Shown one piece after another: positions 63,843-64,000 of a stretch of 64,000 nt of DNA (its first letter is position 1; every line of letters begins with the position of its first letter). The DNA comes from Octopus sinensis (Eukaryota), in the NCBI RefSeq assembly GCF_006345805.1, contig NC_043003.1:60326001-60390000 (forward strand). The letters are read 5' to 3'. The notes under the pieces were generated by a model. That model did no database searches. It worked only from the letters and a program-made list of their open reading frames with translations, and was not told the DNA's origin. Position numbers and translations under genes: made by a program.

Positions 63843-64000
63843 ATAAATATATATAAGTGTATACATATATATATATTTGTGTGTAGACACATATATAATG
63901 TGTGCATATGTGATCGGATTCAGCTGAAAATGTGCACACCTATGTTGAAAGTGCTAGCGAGTTTGCATGGCAACTTTCAGTTTGCTCAATTGAAAGCCAT

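Overview
AT-rich, microsatellite-saturated animal genomic DNA. The tRNA-derived SINE families and repeat landscape match what I recall of Octopus (coleoid cephalopod); the taxon is an inference. No host protein-coding gene can be supported, and most short ORFs in the track are translations of (TA)n/(CA)n/(ATT)n tracts or SINEs. The window is a mosaic of mobile-element sequence: (1) a ~3.9-kb, apparently full-length CR1-clade LINE on the minus strand (33091-37020) with APE endonuclease, RT, an 8-bp repeat tail and an ORF1 carrying two tandem CCCH-type zinc fingers, broken mainly by single-base indels; (2) a complete but decayed maT/DD37D-like Tc1/mariner element, a mariner 5' fragment, two hAT MITEs, two Helitron-like elements, R4/Dong-like LINE fragments and a tandemly duplicated Penelope GIY-YIG fragment; (3) many SINE copies, including multimers, a dimer and a fold-back pair. 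The most interesting unannotated signal is a set of type I hammerhead ribozyme motifs with palindromic or near-palindromic stem III (the Penelope/retrozyme dimer-cleaving type), from about six unrelated repeat families. They lie at 15.9/16.8, 28.5, 32.6, 41.0/60.9, 44.5/44.8 and 62.5/62.9 kb. The 32.6-kb motif has an intact core and stems, and two pairs sit head-to-head in fold-back structures. All calls are from manual reading; no database searches or folding programs were run.
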